Positions 1 through 8,546 are shown, counted from the first letter of the stretch. The stretch: DNA of 32,000 nt from Candidatus Paracaedimonas acanthamoebae (GCA_000743035.1 CP008936.1:330001-362000), one strand, 5' to 3'. Numbers and translations are program-made. Notes: generated by a model from the sequence alone, not told the origin.

Positions 1-1
1 T

Positions 2-634
2 TTTAAAAATAAGAAGCTTCTTGAACAAGCTCTAACTCATTCAAGCTTGTCTTCAATACAAGAAAACAATGAGCGCCTTGAATTCTTAGGAGATCGCGTT
101 TTAGGTCTAATTGTTGCTCAACTGTTATTCCAACGGTTTTCTTTAGCTCCAGAAGGAGAACTATCATTACGCCATACTCAGCTTGTGAATAAAGAAACAC
201 TTTCTCAGGTCGGCCTTAGCTTAACCCTTGGCCAATATTTGCGCATGGCCAGGGGTGAAAGAGCTTCTGGAGGGCACCTTAAAAAATCATTGCTTGCAGA
301 TGCGTGTGAAGCTTTGATTGCAGCAATATATCTTGATGGAGGCCTATCCGCTGCTCAAGAGTTTATTGTGAAGTATTGGGAGGAGCTTTTAAGCGAAAAA
401 GGTCAATTTATAAAAGATGCAAAATCAAAGTTGCAAGAGAGAGTCCAAGCGCAGGGGAAAAATGCCCCTCGTTATGAGATTGTTGGCCGAGTTGGGCCCC
501 ATCATGCGCCTGTTTTTACAGTGGCTATTTTTGTTGAAGGTCTTCCTTCTGTGGAGGGATCTGGGGCTTCACGGAGAGAAGCTGAACAACAGGCAGCGCA
601 TCGTTTACTCGAGTATTTAGATAAAAATGGATAA
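2..634 (+). CDS. rnc: Ribonuclease III, 5' end cut by window edge
   Basis: The frame is open from base 2, so the TTG at 47 in the ORF track is internal. Translation FKNKKLLEQALTHSSL..NNERLEFLGDRVLGL carries the RNase III signature. A dsRBD-like C-terminus is present (PRYEIVGRVGPHHAPVFTV). It overlaps era by 8 nt, as in the classic rnc-era operon. Confidence 0.93.
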   Translation, partial: FKNKKLLEQALTHSSLSSIQENNERLEFLGDRVLGLIVAQLLFQRFSLAPEGELSLRHTQLVNKETLSQVGLSLTLGQYLRMARGERASGGHLKKSLLADACEALIAAIYLDGGLSAAQEFIVKYWEELLSEKGQFIKDAKSKLQERVQAQGKNAPRYEIVGRVGPHHAPVFTVAIFVEGLPSVEGSGASRREAEQQAAHRLLEYLDKNG

Positions 635-1532
635 AGGAATGAAGTGCGGTTTTGTAACAATTGTTGGGGTGCCTAATGCGGGAAAATCAACCCTTGTGAA
701 TCAGCTTGTAGGCTCGAAAGTGAGCATTGTTTCTTCAAAAGTTCAAACTACACGGCGACGCATTTTAGGCGTGGTTATGCAAGATGAGAGCCAAGTTATT
801 TTAGTTGATACACCAGGAATTTTTGAGCCCAAGAAACGGCTTGAACGTGCGATGGTTGCAGCAGCTTGGAGCGCGATTGAAGGCACAGACCTTATTCTTG
901 TGATTGCGGATGCAACAGCACCTTCCCAAGAGCCAACCCTTGTTCTCATTGACAAGCTTAAAGAGTCAAACATTCCTATCTGGTTGGTCATCAATAAGAT
1001 TGATAAGTGTCCTCGAGCACAGCTTTTGCCATTGATTGCTGAATTAACTCAAGAGAAACCTATTCAAAAGACCTATCTTATCTCAGCGTTAACGCGCGAT
1101 GGTATTGAGTCTTTGTTGAATGATCTTGCGGGCAAGATGCCCTCAGCACCATGGCATTTTCCTGAAGATCAGCTTTCTGACTTGCCGCAAAGGCTTCTTG
1201 CGGCCGAGATTACACGGGAGAAAATCTTTCAGTTTCTTCATCAAGAATTACCGTATGCTGTGACGGTTGAAGGTGAAAAATGGGAGAATTTTGCAAATGG
1301 TGATATTAAGATCTCCCAGATTGTCTTTGTCATGCGGGAGAGCCAGCGTCGGATTTTATTAGGAAAAGGAGGGCAGCAAATTCGAAAAATTGGCGAAGCG
1401 GCTCGCCGAGAGCTGCAGGATATTTTAGGGGCTCGCGTTCATCTGTTCCTGCATGTACGGGTTGCAAAAGACTGGGCTGAAAAACGACAACATTATGAAG
1501 AAATGGGCCTTGAGTTTAAGGTAAGTAAGTGA
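627..1532 (+). CDS. era: GTPase Era
   Basis: G1 P-loop GVPNAGKST, DTPG and NKID motifs, and a C-terminal KH-like domain. It sits immediately downstream of rnc. An alternative ATG lies at 639. Confidence 0.95.
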   Translation: MDKGMKCGFVTIVGVPNAGKSTLVNQLVGSKVSIVSSKVQTTRRRILGVVMQDESQVILVDTPGIFEPKKRLERAMVAAAWSAIEGTDLILVIADATAPSQEPTLVLIDKLKESNIPIWLVINKIDKCPRAQLLPLIAELTQEKPIQKTYLISALTRDGIESLLNDLAGKMPSAPWHFPEDQLSDLPQRLLAAEITREKIFQFLHQELPYAVTVEGEKWENFANGDIKISQIVFVMRESQRRILLGKGGQQIRKIGEAARRELQDILGARVHLFLHVRVAKDWAEKRQHYEEMGLEFKVSK

Positions 1533-1554
1533 AGTTTTCTGAAGCTTTTTATAC

Positions 1555-1584
1555 CTGCTACCAACTTTGTTAAGTCGGTAGCAG
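1555..1584. terminator. Candidate hairpin terminator between convergent era and the peptidase gene
   Basis: ctgctacc (1555-1562) pairs with ggtagcag (1577-1584), giving an 8-bp stem with a 14-nt loop and an A/T-rich tail. The loop is large for a canonical intrinsic terminator. Confidence 0.35.
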
Positions 1585-1597
1585 AAGTTATTATTAT

Positions 1598-2696
1598 TTA
1601 CTGTCTCATAGCTTTTTCATAGGCAACCCAAGCTTCGTTTGCGTACTGTTGAATGTACTTAAACGAGATTGTTCCCCGACCATTTCTGCCCCAATCGCGT
1701 CCCCAGCTGTTCTTAAAGAAGAAAACCCCTACATCATCATTATATCCATAGAGGGTAATGGCGTGGCTTCCCACGATGTTTTTTAAGGTGCTAGATATGT
1801 TACCAGACTGTGACCATTCTGCATTCCATTCGACAGGAACACCAATCACAACGGGGACCTTATAACGTGTCATAGCTTTTTTAATGACATCACTTTTATC
1901 AAAAGTACATTTTCCTCCTGTGCAAACTTGTCGTGAGCTTGCAAATAAATTCATAATATTATTGGCACCAAATTTGATCAGTTCGTCTTCTTGTTTGACA
2001 GTGCTTTGGGGAATAACGGCACAGACATTCCACGTTTCTTCATCAGAAACACCTTTATTCATCTTTTTGACGGTCGTGACATATTCATCATAGGGCCACC
2101 ATTTTTGCCCACATAGCACTTCCTATTGTAAGACCATCATTTAAGCAATTCTCGCGCGCTTCAGCTTTTACAATAAGATATGGCTGAGATAACATCCGGT
2201 TATGAAGAAATTTAAGTGCCTCAACAACAGCAAAGCTTGCACAAGTCCCAAGCTCACCTTGATTTTCAACAGAAAGATCCCAGCTAATACCATTTTTCCC
2301 GACAATACTCGCAAGCTTTAATTTTGCTCCTGTGTAAGTCTCAGGTGGTGCCCCAGTATATTTTGTTGCGATATGTGCTGGGGTTTCAGTCAGCCATAAA
2401 GCACATCTTGCAGGATAATAGGGGATTGAATAAGGGACTTCAGTATATTGTGTCGCAGTGTAGTGGTTTTTGGGTTTAAAAGGGCTTTTTGTCACAGGTT
2501 GTGTTTTTGATATGCTCAACCCCTGGAATTGGCGATGATAGTTCTCGTCGGGATATTCCTCATCATAGTAACTACCATAGCGACTACTATGGGCAGAATA
2601 AAAACTGATTAAAGCTAAAACAGCCGTTAAACTTCCTATCTTAAAGAAGTTAAAGCTCTTATGCTTCCATCTATAAAAAGTGTTATTCATGATCAT
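1598..2696 (-). pseudogene. Papain-family (C1) cysteine peptidase with an N-terminal membrane anchor, split by a frameshift
   Basis: ORF 2088-2696 has a good SD (aggagaggg), a TM segment IGSLTAVLALISFY and the Gln/Cys block NQGELGTCASFA. ORF 1598-2119 has the His block GSHAITLYGY and the Asn block KNSWGRDWG. The two frames meet at a T5 run at 2102-2106 (A5 on the coding strand). Removing one A gives the continuous reading ..SAMWAKWWPYDEY.. Confidence 0.8.
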
Positions 2697-3162
2697 TTTC
2701 CCTCTCCTAAAAAGGTTGTTAAAAATGGATGGCTACGAAAAGTAGGGATCCATTCCAGAAGCTAATAAGAAATTTAAATGAGAGGCTATGCGTAAAATTT
2801 TCTTAAGTATCTTGTTTGAGTAAAAATTACCTAAAGACCAAGCACAAAATAGACGTAATTTTTAATTTTTGTTACAAAATATATTGATATTTGTAACTTT
2901 TTGTGATAGTCTATTAATAGATGGTCAGAGATGATTTTTCCTTACTGATGACCCGAGATAAGTCAGTAATCCTTTTACGAAGTCTCTATTCCCATTCAAT
3001 AAAATAATAATAAAGGAATGTAAAAACCTAAATTATTAAATAAATAAGTCCTTTAACGCTCTTTTTGAGCGAATACCCTCTCTTTGTCTGATGAGAAGGG
3101 CAGGAAGAGGCAGGGGATAGGAAGGACTCAGAGGTTTTGGTTTGTCATTCTCTCTTCTCGTT

Positions 3163-3274
3163 TGACATCCTCGGCCTTGTGCCGAGGATGTCAGACAACC
3201 AAAAAGCGCTAAAAGGTGCCAGAAGGTCCTCACTTGTGTAGGAGAGCACGGGCCAGGGTGGAGAGAATGGAATG
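3163..3274 (+). repeat. Module copy X1: 13-bp perfect hairpin plus a short purine-rich leader ending in ATG
   Basis: tgacatcctcggc (3163-3175), loop cttgt, gccgaggatgtca (3181-3193). The following tcagacaaccaaaaagcgctaaaag resembles tcaggcaaccagaggatgctgaaag of X2. It ends in ggtggagagaatggaATG. Confidence 0.6.
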
Positions 3275-3377
3275 ATTTTGGAGTGTGAGGACATAGTTTT
3301 AAGTTTTCTGGGGCAACAAGAGAAGCAACGATTGGTGATAGGGAAGATCCTCAGGTTACTTGAATCTCTTTCTTGTT

Positions 3378-3545
3378 ATTCCCGCGCAGGCGGGGATCCA
3401 GGAAATACTGGAGGATATCGAATGACGATGGGAAAGATCTTTAGGTCGCTCGAGATCCTAGGCACAGGGCCTAGGATGACGAGAGTTGAAGGATTTGTAA
3501 GTCACAGGTGAGGGCTGAGAGAAATGAAAATAAACAAAGAAAGGA
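3378..3545 (+). repeat. Repeat unit A, carrying two hairpins
   Basis: attcccgc-gcag-gcggggat hairpin at 3378-3397. atcctaggc-acagg-gcctaggat hairpin at 3455-3477, followed by gatgac, caggtgagg and gaaaataaa blocks. It aligns with unit B. Confidence 0.75.
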
Positions 3546-3610
3546 GAGGAAAAATGTTGGGAAACAAAAGAATTAAAACTGATGAACTGCAGGGCTCATC
3601 CACCACATGG

Positions 3611-3784
3611 TCATCCTTGGGCTTGTCCCAAGGATCTCAGGCAACCAGAGGATGCTGAAAGTCGCTAGACGATTCCTAACCGGACATGAGAGGCAAGGGG
3701 CAGGGCGAGGAAAGAAGACACAAAGAAATAGATGAAAGTATGAATAACAATGATTAACGATAGAAACAACAGGAGGCAAAAATG
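3611..3784 (+). repeat. Module copy X2: hairpin, leader of about 150 nt, then consensus SD plus ATG
   Basis: atccttggg-cttgt-cccaaggat hairpin at 3614-3636, then ctcaggcaaccagaggatgctgaaa, and an ending aaacaacaggaggcaaaaATG (ATG at 3782-3784). The end blocks are nearly identical to the inverted copy at 31850-32000. Confidence 0.75.
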
Positions 3785-3984
3785 TCAAAAGAACAGGAAC
3801 AAAGAAAAAAGAGTGAGAAACATAGTTACATGCATGAGGGGCGCAGAATCTCAGGGGAAAGCACGAGAGAAGATGTTGATTATCGGAACTTCTTGAATCG
3901 CTGGTAGGACCTGATCTTTAGGAAAGAAGGAAGGCAGAAAAATTGGTAGAAGGCATCGTATATGGTGGTCACCTTCTCTTCTGT

Positions 3985-4150
3985 CACCCCCGAGAAGGCG
4001 GGGATCCAGGGGATAATGGAGGGCATTGAATAGTGACAGAAGAAATCTTGAGGTTTCTTGAGATTCTCGGCACAAGCCTTAGGATGACGCAAACAAAGGA
4101 ACTTGGAACTCACAGGTGAGGTCTGAATGGAACTGAAAATAAATTAAGAA
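3985..4150 (+). repeat. Repeat unit B, a degenerate copy of unit A
   Basis: Shares with unit A the blocks ggcggggatccagg, gagattctcggcacaagccttaggatgacg (a decayed hairpin), cacaggtgaggtctga and gaaaataaa, in the same order and spacing. Confidence 0.75.
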
Positions 4151-4495
4151 AAGAAGAACAAATGAGGAGAAACAAAAGGTTAGAAAACAATAAAAGGGGC
4201 GTGTCATGGGCAAGCATCGTTGGTAAGAAGTGAAGGTTTTCAATAGAGAAAAGCAAGGTGATGAAATAATGATAAAAATTAACAAAGAAAACTGGCTTTA
4301 AAAATGCTCAAACAAGGCATGAAAATTTTGATAATTTTGCATTTTAGACAAATTTTCGTAGGAAATTATTAAATGGAAAATATAATTTATGGACTAGTGA
4401 AAAGCACGCTTTCATTTCTTTGCAAGAAAATATTTTCTTAAATGGCAAAATGTGTTATGGGTGAGTTCGTTTGGTATTGTTCAAAGGAATAGTTT

Positions 4496-5764
4496 ATGAA
4501 GATGTTTTTACATTTTGTTATTTTAGTCCTTTCATTCATATGTGCGAGTGGTTTTAAGGGCCACGCTTCTGCGTTTAGACCTGCCATCATTGAAGAGCGT
4601 GATGATGAGGGATATTTTAAAATGTTTCGAGAAAAACCAGAAGAGTTTACAGGTAGTGCGTTAAAAGCGTTCTTAAAGAGAATAATGGATTTATACCCAA
4701 CAGTAATTGCTTATGATAAAAAAGGACAAAATTTTACTGATACTATTTATAAGCGTTTTTTTAAGGCCGGCGATTATTATTTTACCTTCTTAACCAGACA
4801 TAATTTAATTAATGAGACATTTTTTAATTTAGAAAATGTAACAGTCGAATTTATAGCGAGCTCAAGTTCTGGGCTCCAAACAAAATTACATTATAATATT
4901 TTGTTAGGAGATAATGCGGTTCCCTTCAGCTTTAGGATTCTTTATGTCAGCGAATTTAATAAAAAAATTGCAAGCACCCCTTTGATCCATACTTATCAAA
5001 AAAGTAGAACAATCGAACTTGCGAAGAAGGTTATCTACCATAACTCCACGGTTTCCGGAGATTGGAACAATGCTGTTAAGAAGCAAGCTCAGATAGAGAA
5101 AAAGCGCGCAGAGACGTCTAAAGAAAAAAGTGAAGAAGCTAAAAAAGCAATAGAAGGATATTTCCGCGGTCTTTCAGATTCAACTACGCCGTTATCCTCT
5201 AGTGAATCACAAGTGTCGGCGTCTTCCTCAGCCAGCCCGATTGAGGGACGGCCTTCGATGGTACGTAAGTTTTCAACGCATGACTGGCCCAGGCCAATTG
5301 CTAAAAGCCCGCCTAAAAAGGTTGTTTTTCATACAGCCCCTCAAGCAAAAGAAGGGATAGAGCAACAATATATTCTGCCAAATCTTCCAAATAGTAAAAC
5401 TCTGCAACGAAAGCCCTCAAGAGCTATATTAGAAGAAAAAAAACAGCATGAGAAAAAGTTTAAAACAAAAAAAGATAAAGAAGAGCGTGTTGATTCCATC
5501 GAAAGACGCGCTTCAATAACTGGAAAAAGCATAAGCTCAGGCCTATCTTCTCCTTGGTTAAGCCCAAAAAGAGCCGAGAAGAATCTAAGCCTTAAAAGTG
5601 AGACACTTGCCTTTTTACCTCCGTCGAATACGAATCAAGAATTGGTTCCAGTGGTAGAGAAAGAATCGCTTGAAACTTCATCTAATTCTACGGAAGAAGA
5701 ACCTTATGACATAAGCCAAGCAGACATAGAGGAATTGTTTGAAGATATGCCAGAAAGCGAGTAA
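4496..5764 (+). CDS. Hypothetical secreted protein with a Ser/Lys/Glu-rich low-complexity C-terminal half
   Basis: SD aaggaa lies 8 nt upstream of the ATG. The N-terminus looks like a signal peptide (MKMFLHFVILVLSFICASGFKGHASA). There is no recognisable family motif. A basic cluster KKQHEKKFKTKKDKEER and an acidic tail are present. Confidence 0.7.
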   Translation: MKMFLHFVILVLSFICASGFKGHASAFRPAIIEERDDEGYFKMFREKPEEFTGSALKAFLKRIMDLYPTVIAYDKKGQNFTDTIYKRFFKAGDYYFTFLTRHNLINETFFNLENVTVEFIASSSSGLQTKLHYNILLGDNAVPFSFRILYVSEFNKKIASTPLIHTYQKSRTIELAKKVIYHNSTVSGDWNNAVKKQAQIEKKRAETSKEKSEEAKKAIEGYFRGLSDSTTPLSSSESQVSASSSASPIEGRPSMVRKFSTHDWPRPIAKSPPKKVVFHTAPQAKEGIEQQYILPNLPNSKTLQRKPSRAILEEKKQHEKKFKTKKDKEERVDSIERRASITGKSISSGLSSPWLSPKRAEKNLSLKSETLAFLPPSNTNQELVPVVEKESLETSSNSTEEEPYDISQADIEELFEDMPESE

Positions 5765-5815
5765 TGATTATAATTTTGGTTGGGCAAAGTCAGCATTTGA
5801 AAGGGTTATGACAAC

Positions 5816-6451
5816 ATGAAAGCTTTATTTTTAGCTTATCTTCCCTCTATTCTCTCTGTCACAGCCATGCAAATTGTGGCTTTGGTAAGTCCCGGACCTG
5901 ATTTTGCGATCGTTGTCCGAAATAGCCTCATTCACTCACGCAGACTTGCTTTGTTAACAGCTCTTGGGATTGCGTGTGGCATCATGATGCATGTGACGTA
6001 TATCTTAATGGGATTAGGGACAATTGTTGCACAAACAGAGTGGCTTCTTACCCTCCTAAAAGTGGTGGGAGCAGGCTATTTAACTTATTTAGGGATTTGT
6101 GGTCTTAGAGCTTCTGCGGCTTTTAAAAACATACAGCAAAAGCCTATAGATTTGAAGCTAAGTCCTATAGGTGCTTTAAGAAGTGGTTTTTTAACCAATG
6201 CCCTTAACCCCAAAGCGATGCTTTTTGTCTTAAGTCTTCTTTCACTGAATGTAAATGAGCAGACACCAAAAGTTATTTTAATTTATTATGCCTCAATGAT
6301 CTTTATATCAACACTTGTATGGTTCACGATTGTCGCGTTCTGTTTTTCAAATGAGCGTGCTCGTGTCTTTTTTAGCCATTATCGTCATTGGATCGATCGA
6401 ACGACAGGCGCCTTTTTATTGTTGATGGCTTTAAAATTATTTCTCGTTTAA
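5816..6451 (+). CDS. LysE/RhtB-family amino-acid exporter
   Basis: About 210 aa with about 6 TM segments. The N-terminal motif VSPGPDF is typical of LysE/RhtB translocators. Confidence 0.8.
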   Translation: MKALFLAYLPSILSVTAMQIVALVSPGPDFAIVVRNSLIHSRRLALLTALGIACGIMMHVTYILMGLGTIVAQTEWLLTLLKVVGAGYLTYLGICGLRASAAFKNIQQKPIDLKLSPIGALRSGFLTNALNPKAMLFVLSLLSLNVNEQTPKVILIYYASMIFISTLVWFTIVAFCFSNERARVFFSHYRHWIDRTTGAFLLLMALKLFLV

Positions 6452-6518
6452 TCGCATTTTTAAACAAAAGATTGCTTAAAATCCGATTATAGACTACATA
6501 CCTTACGCACAAGAACCC

Positions 6519-6546
6519 TTGGCTAAATTTTTTAATTCATTATAAT
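6519..6546 (+). promoter_or_regulatory. Candidate sigma70 promoter for the infA operon
   Basis: ttggct (6519-6524), a 16-nt spacer, then tataat (6541-6546). This lies about 50 nt upstream of the infA ATG. Confidence 0.45.
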
Positions 6547-6598
6547 AAAATACTTTTGGGTCTTGGGAAATTTATGATTAACGTAAAATGGAGTTTGA

Positions 6599-6817
6599 AT
6601 GTCAAAAGAAGATCTCATTGAGTTTAGTGGGACAGTGGTTGAAATCCTACCAAATGCCATGTTTCGAGTAAAATTAGATAACGAGCATGTTATTCTTGCC
6701 CATACTTCTGGGCGGATGCGCAAAAATAGAATTAGGGTCCTTGCCGGAGATCGTGTTGTTGTTGAAATGACGCCATATGATCTTACCAAAGGGCGCGTGA
6801 TTTTTAGAGAGAAATAA
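6599..6817 (+). CDS. infA: Translation initiation factor IF-1
   Basis: 72 aa with an S1-like fold. The sequence [53 protein letters not shown] is near-canonical IF-1. Confidence 0.97.
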   Translation: MSKEDLIEFSGTVVEILPNAMFRVKLDNEHVILAHTSGRMRKNRIRVLAGDRVVVEMTPYDLTKGRVIFREK

Positions 6818-6826
6818 TGCCAGGGA

Positions 6827-7408
6827 ATGGCTATTAAAATTTATACGCTCGCCTCAGATACGCTTTTAAATTTATGGTTGAATAATTTAGGTTATAATTC
6901 GTTTGCTTTATCAGACACATATTCTGCTTTGAAGCCTCTGGCCAAAGAGCACCCTCTTGATTTTGCTTATCGCCTTTCTTCTGAAAAAATGACGGTCTTA
7001 GCGTCAAAAGCACCAATAGACAGCCTTCTTATCACAACGGTAAAAGTTGTTGCTTGCGGGCGAAGGATCTTGGATAGCCCGAAAAACTTTGACGAGGCTC
7101 GACAAATACTTTCCCTGCTTTCAGGACGTCGTCATCAAGTCCTGACGATCATTTCTTTAAAATATCAAGATACACTGAAACAACGAGAAGTTGTAACGCG
7201 AGTTTCTTTTAAAAGGCTTTCTCAAGAAGAAATGGAAGATTATCTTCAAACAAAAGCTTGGTATGATCAGTCAGGTGGGTACGATATTTTAGGCAGCGCC
7301 GCATCGTTTGTGAAGGCCATTAATGGGTCAATAGGAAGCTTGTGGGGGGTACCCGCCTATGAATTAACTTCCTTGCTAGAAGGCTTGAAGAATGACCAAA
7401 GAAGATGA
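6827..7408 (+). CDS. maf: Maf-like protein, divergent, with catalytic motifs not conserved
   Basis: Length and core blocks match Maf (LSGRRHQVLT, FVKAINGS..GVP). It occupies the conserved alphaproteobacterial infA-maf position. The SPRR, GADT and GIQ motifs are replaced (see findings). Confidence 0.75.
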   Translation: MAIKIYTLASDTLLNLWLNNLGYNSFALSDTYSALKPLAKEHPLDFAYRLSSEKMTVLASKAPIDSLLITTVKVVACGRRILDSPKNFDEARQILSLLSGRRHQVLTIISLKYQDTLKQREVVTRVSFKRLSQEEMEDYLQTKAWYDQSGGYDILGSAASFVKAINGSIGSLWGVPAYELTSLLEGLKNDQRR

Positions 7409-8327
7409 TTATCAGATCTTTATTTTAAAAGAATCAAGAGGAGTATTTTTAACCTCTTTTGGTAGTGACAAAGTTGTTCATTGCAGTTTAGATCTTTTTG
7501 AAAATAAACCTAAAGTCGGCGATATTTACGTGGCACGTGTGCTACGAACCGATAAAGCAAGAGCGTGGCTTGATTTGGGTGAGAATAAGCCGGCTCTTTG
7601 CTTTCCTCGTTCCTCTTTTGTTGAAGGCGAATGCCAAGTTGTTTGTGTCTTAAAAGAGTCCACAACAACTTCTTATGCACAAAAGGGAGCTCTTGTAACG
7701 GATAAGGTTCCAGGAAAAGAAAAGTACCTCAAAGAAACTGATAAGCTGCCTCAATGCATTGTGGCTGCTGATCCATCGTGGAAAAAATATTTAAGAAATC
7801 AAAAAGAGAGAAGCCCTATTGTTGTCAATGATATTGAGCTTTATCATGAAATGAGCGACTTAGGGCAGGCTGCAGTAACTCTCAAGTCGGATTTAGGCTG
7901 GCCCTATGAAATTGAAAGCATATGGAAGTCATTTTTAGAATCTATTGTGCCAATTCCTGGAGGGGGATGGATTTTATTCGAAGAGGGTGAGACATTGACG
8001 GCTGTTGATATTAATACCTCCGGTTATGATCAAAAAGGTGTTAATCTTAAAGGAGATAGTGATCTTTATGAGTTTAATAGGCGCGCCGGTGTAATTTGTA
8101 TTGAGCAGATTAAATTAAGAAATTATGGAGGGCGAATTGTAATTGATTTTCCAGCCTTTAAAAATAAGAACTTTTATTTTAAACTATGGTCTGAGCTTAA
8201 AGATTTGTTTCAGGAAAAAGAAACATTTGTCCCGGGGTTTACGCGGACAGGTCTCTTTGAATTAACACGTTATCGCCCAGGCCTTTCCACTCCTCAAAAA
8301 CTAAAGAAAATTAATTTTATGTCATGA
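7392..8327 (+). CDS. rng: Ribonuclease E/G-family protein, short form
   Basis: S1-like block KVGDIYVARVLRTDKARAWLDLGENKPALCF, plus the catalytic-domain blocks TAVDINTSG and GGRIVIDF. It overlaps maf by 17 nt and overlaps yacG via ATGA. Confidence 0.75.
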   Translation: MTKEDDYQIFILKESRGVFLTSFGSDKVVHCSLDLFENKPKVGDIYVARVLRTDKARAWLDLGENKPALCFPRSSFVEGECQVVCVLKESTTTSYAQKGALVTDKVPGKEKYLKETDKLPQCIVAADPSWKKYLRNQKERSPIVVNDIELYHEMSDLGQAAVTLKSDLGWPYEIESIWKSFLESIVPIPGGGWILFEEGETLTAVDINTSGYDQKGVNLKGDSDLYEFNRRAGVICIEQIKLRNYGGRIVIDFPAFKNKNFYFKLWSELKDLFQEKETFVPGFTRTGLFELTRYRPGLSTPQKLKKINFMS

Positions 8328-8515
8328 CTCAAAACACTTCTTCAAAAATACTTCGCTGTCCTGTTTGTAAATCACCTCGACAGCATGAATTCAGGCCTTT
8401 TTGTTCAGCACGCTGTAAACAAATTGATTTAAATCGATGGCTTTCTGAAGTGTATTCATTTCCTGTTGAGGAAGAGCAAAACCCAATAGAGAGTCAAGAA
8501 GAAGGCCTTAAATAA
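8324..8515 (+). CDS. yacG: DNA gyrase inhibitor YacG (zinc finger)
   Basis: 63 aa with CPVC..(N)..FCSARCKQIDLNRWL, the canonical YacG zinc-binding and Trp motif. Confidence 0.9.
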   Translation: MTQNTSSKILRCPVCKSPRQHEFRPFCSARCKQIDLNRWLSEVYSFPVEEEQNPIESQEEGLK

Positions 8516-8546
8516 AGAGGACTTCAAGCTTCTTAAATCACAAGTA

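Larger units (their letters stand above)
3080..4290 (+). repeat. Degenerate tandem array of non-coding, hairpin-containing modules, purine-rich on the + strand
   Basis: Two blocks separated by about 605 nt align by eye (3378-3545 with 3985-4150), and their flanks align too (gagtgtgaggacatagtt at 3281 with gagtgagaaacatagtt at 3811). There are several GC-rich perfect hairpins. Reading frames are not conserved between copies. Confidence 0.8.

Noticed and set aside
2871-2897. 8-bp inverted repeat gttacaaa N11 tttgtaac with an embedded ttgata, a possible promoter or operator upstream of the repeat array.
   Set aside because: No convincing -10 element lies at the proper spacing, no gene is nearby on either strand, and short A/T-rich inverted repeats are common here.
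3782-3907. 41-codon ORF (MSKEQEQRKKSEKHSY...NFLNRW) starting at the consensus SD-ATG of module X2.
   Set aside because: The initiation signal is excellent. However, the ORF is short and low-complexity, its sequence after the ATG resembles neither the X3-linked protein nor, in frame, the X1 copy, and it is embedded in decaying repeats. I kept it as part of the module finding rather than calling a gene.
3036-4285. Six track ORFs (3036-3233 -, 3272-3511 +, 3573-3788 -, 3851-4075 -, 3880-4113 -, 4079-4285 -) that could be small proteins in the gene desert.
   Set aside because: They run through the repeat modules, overlap one another, and have pyrimidine- or purine-run-driven composition (F/L/S/P-rich). 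Their frames are not preserved between the paralogous repeat copies. They are best explained as translation artefacts of non-coding repeats.
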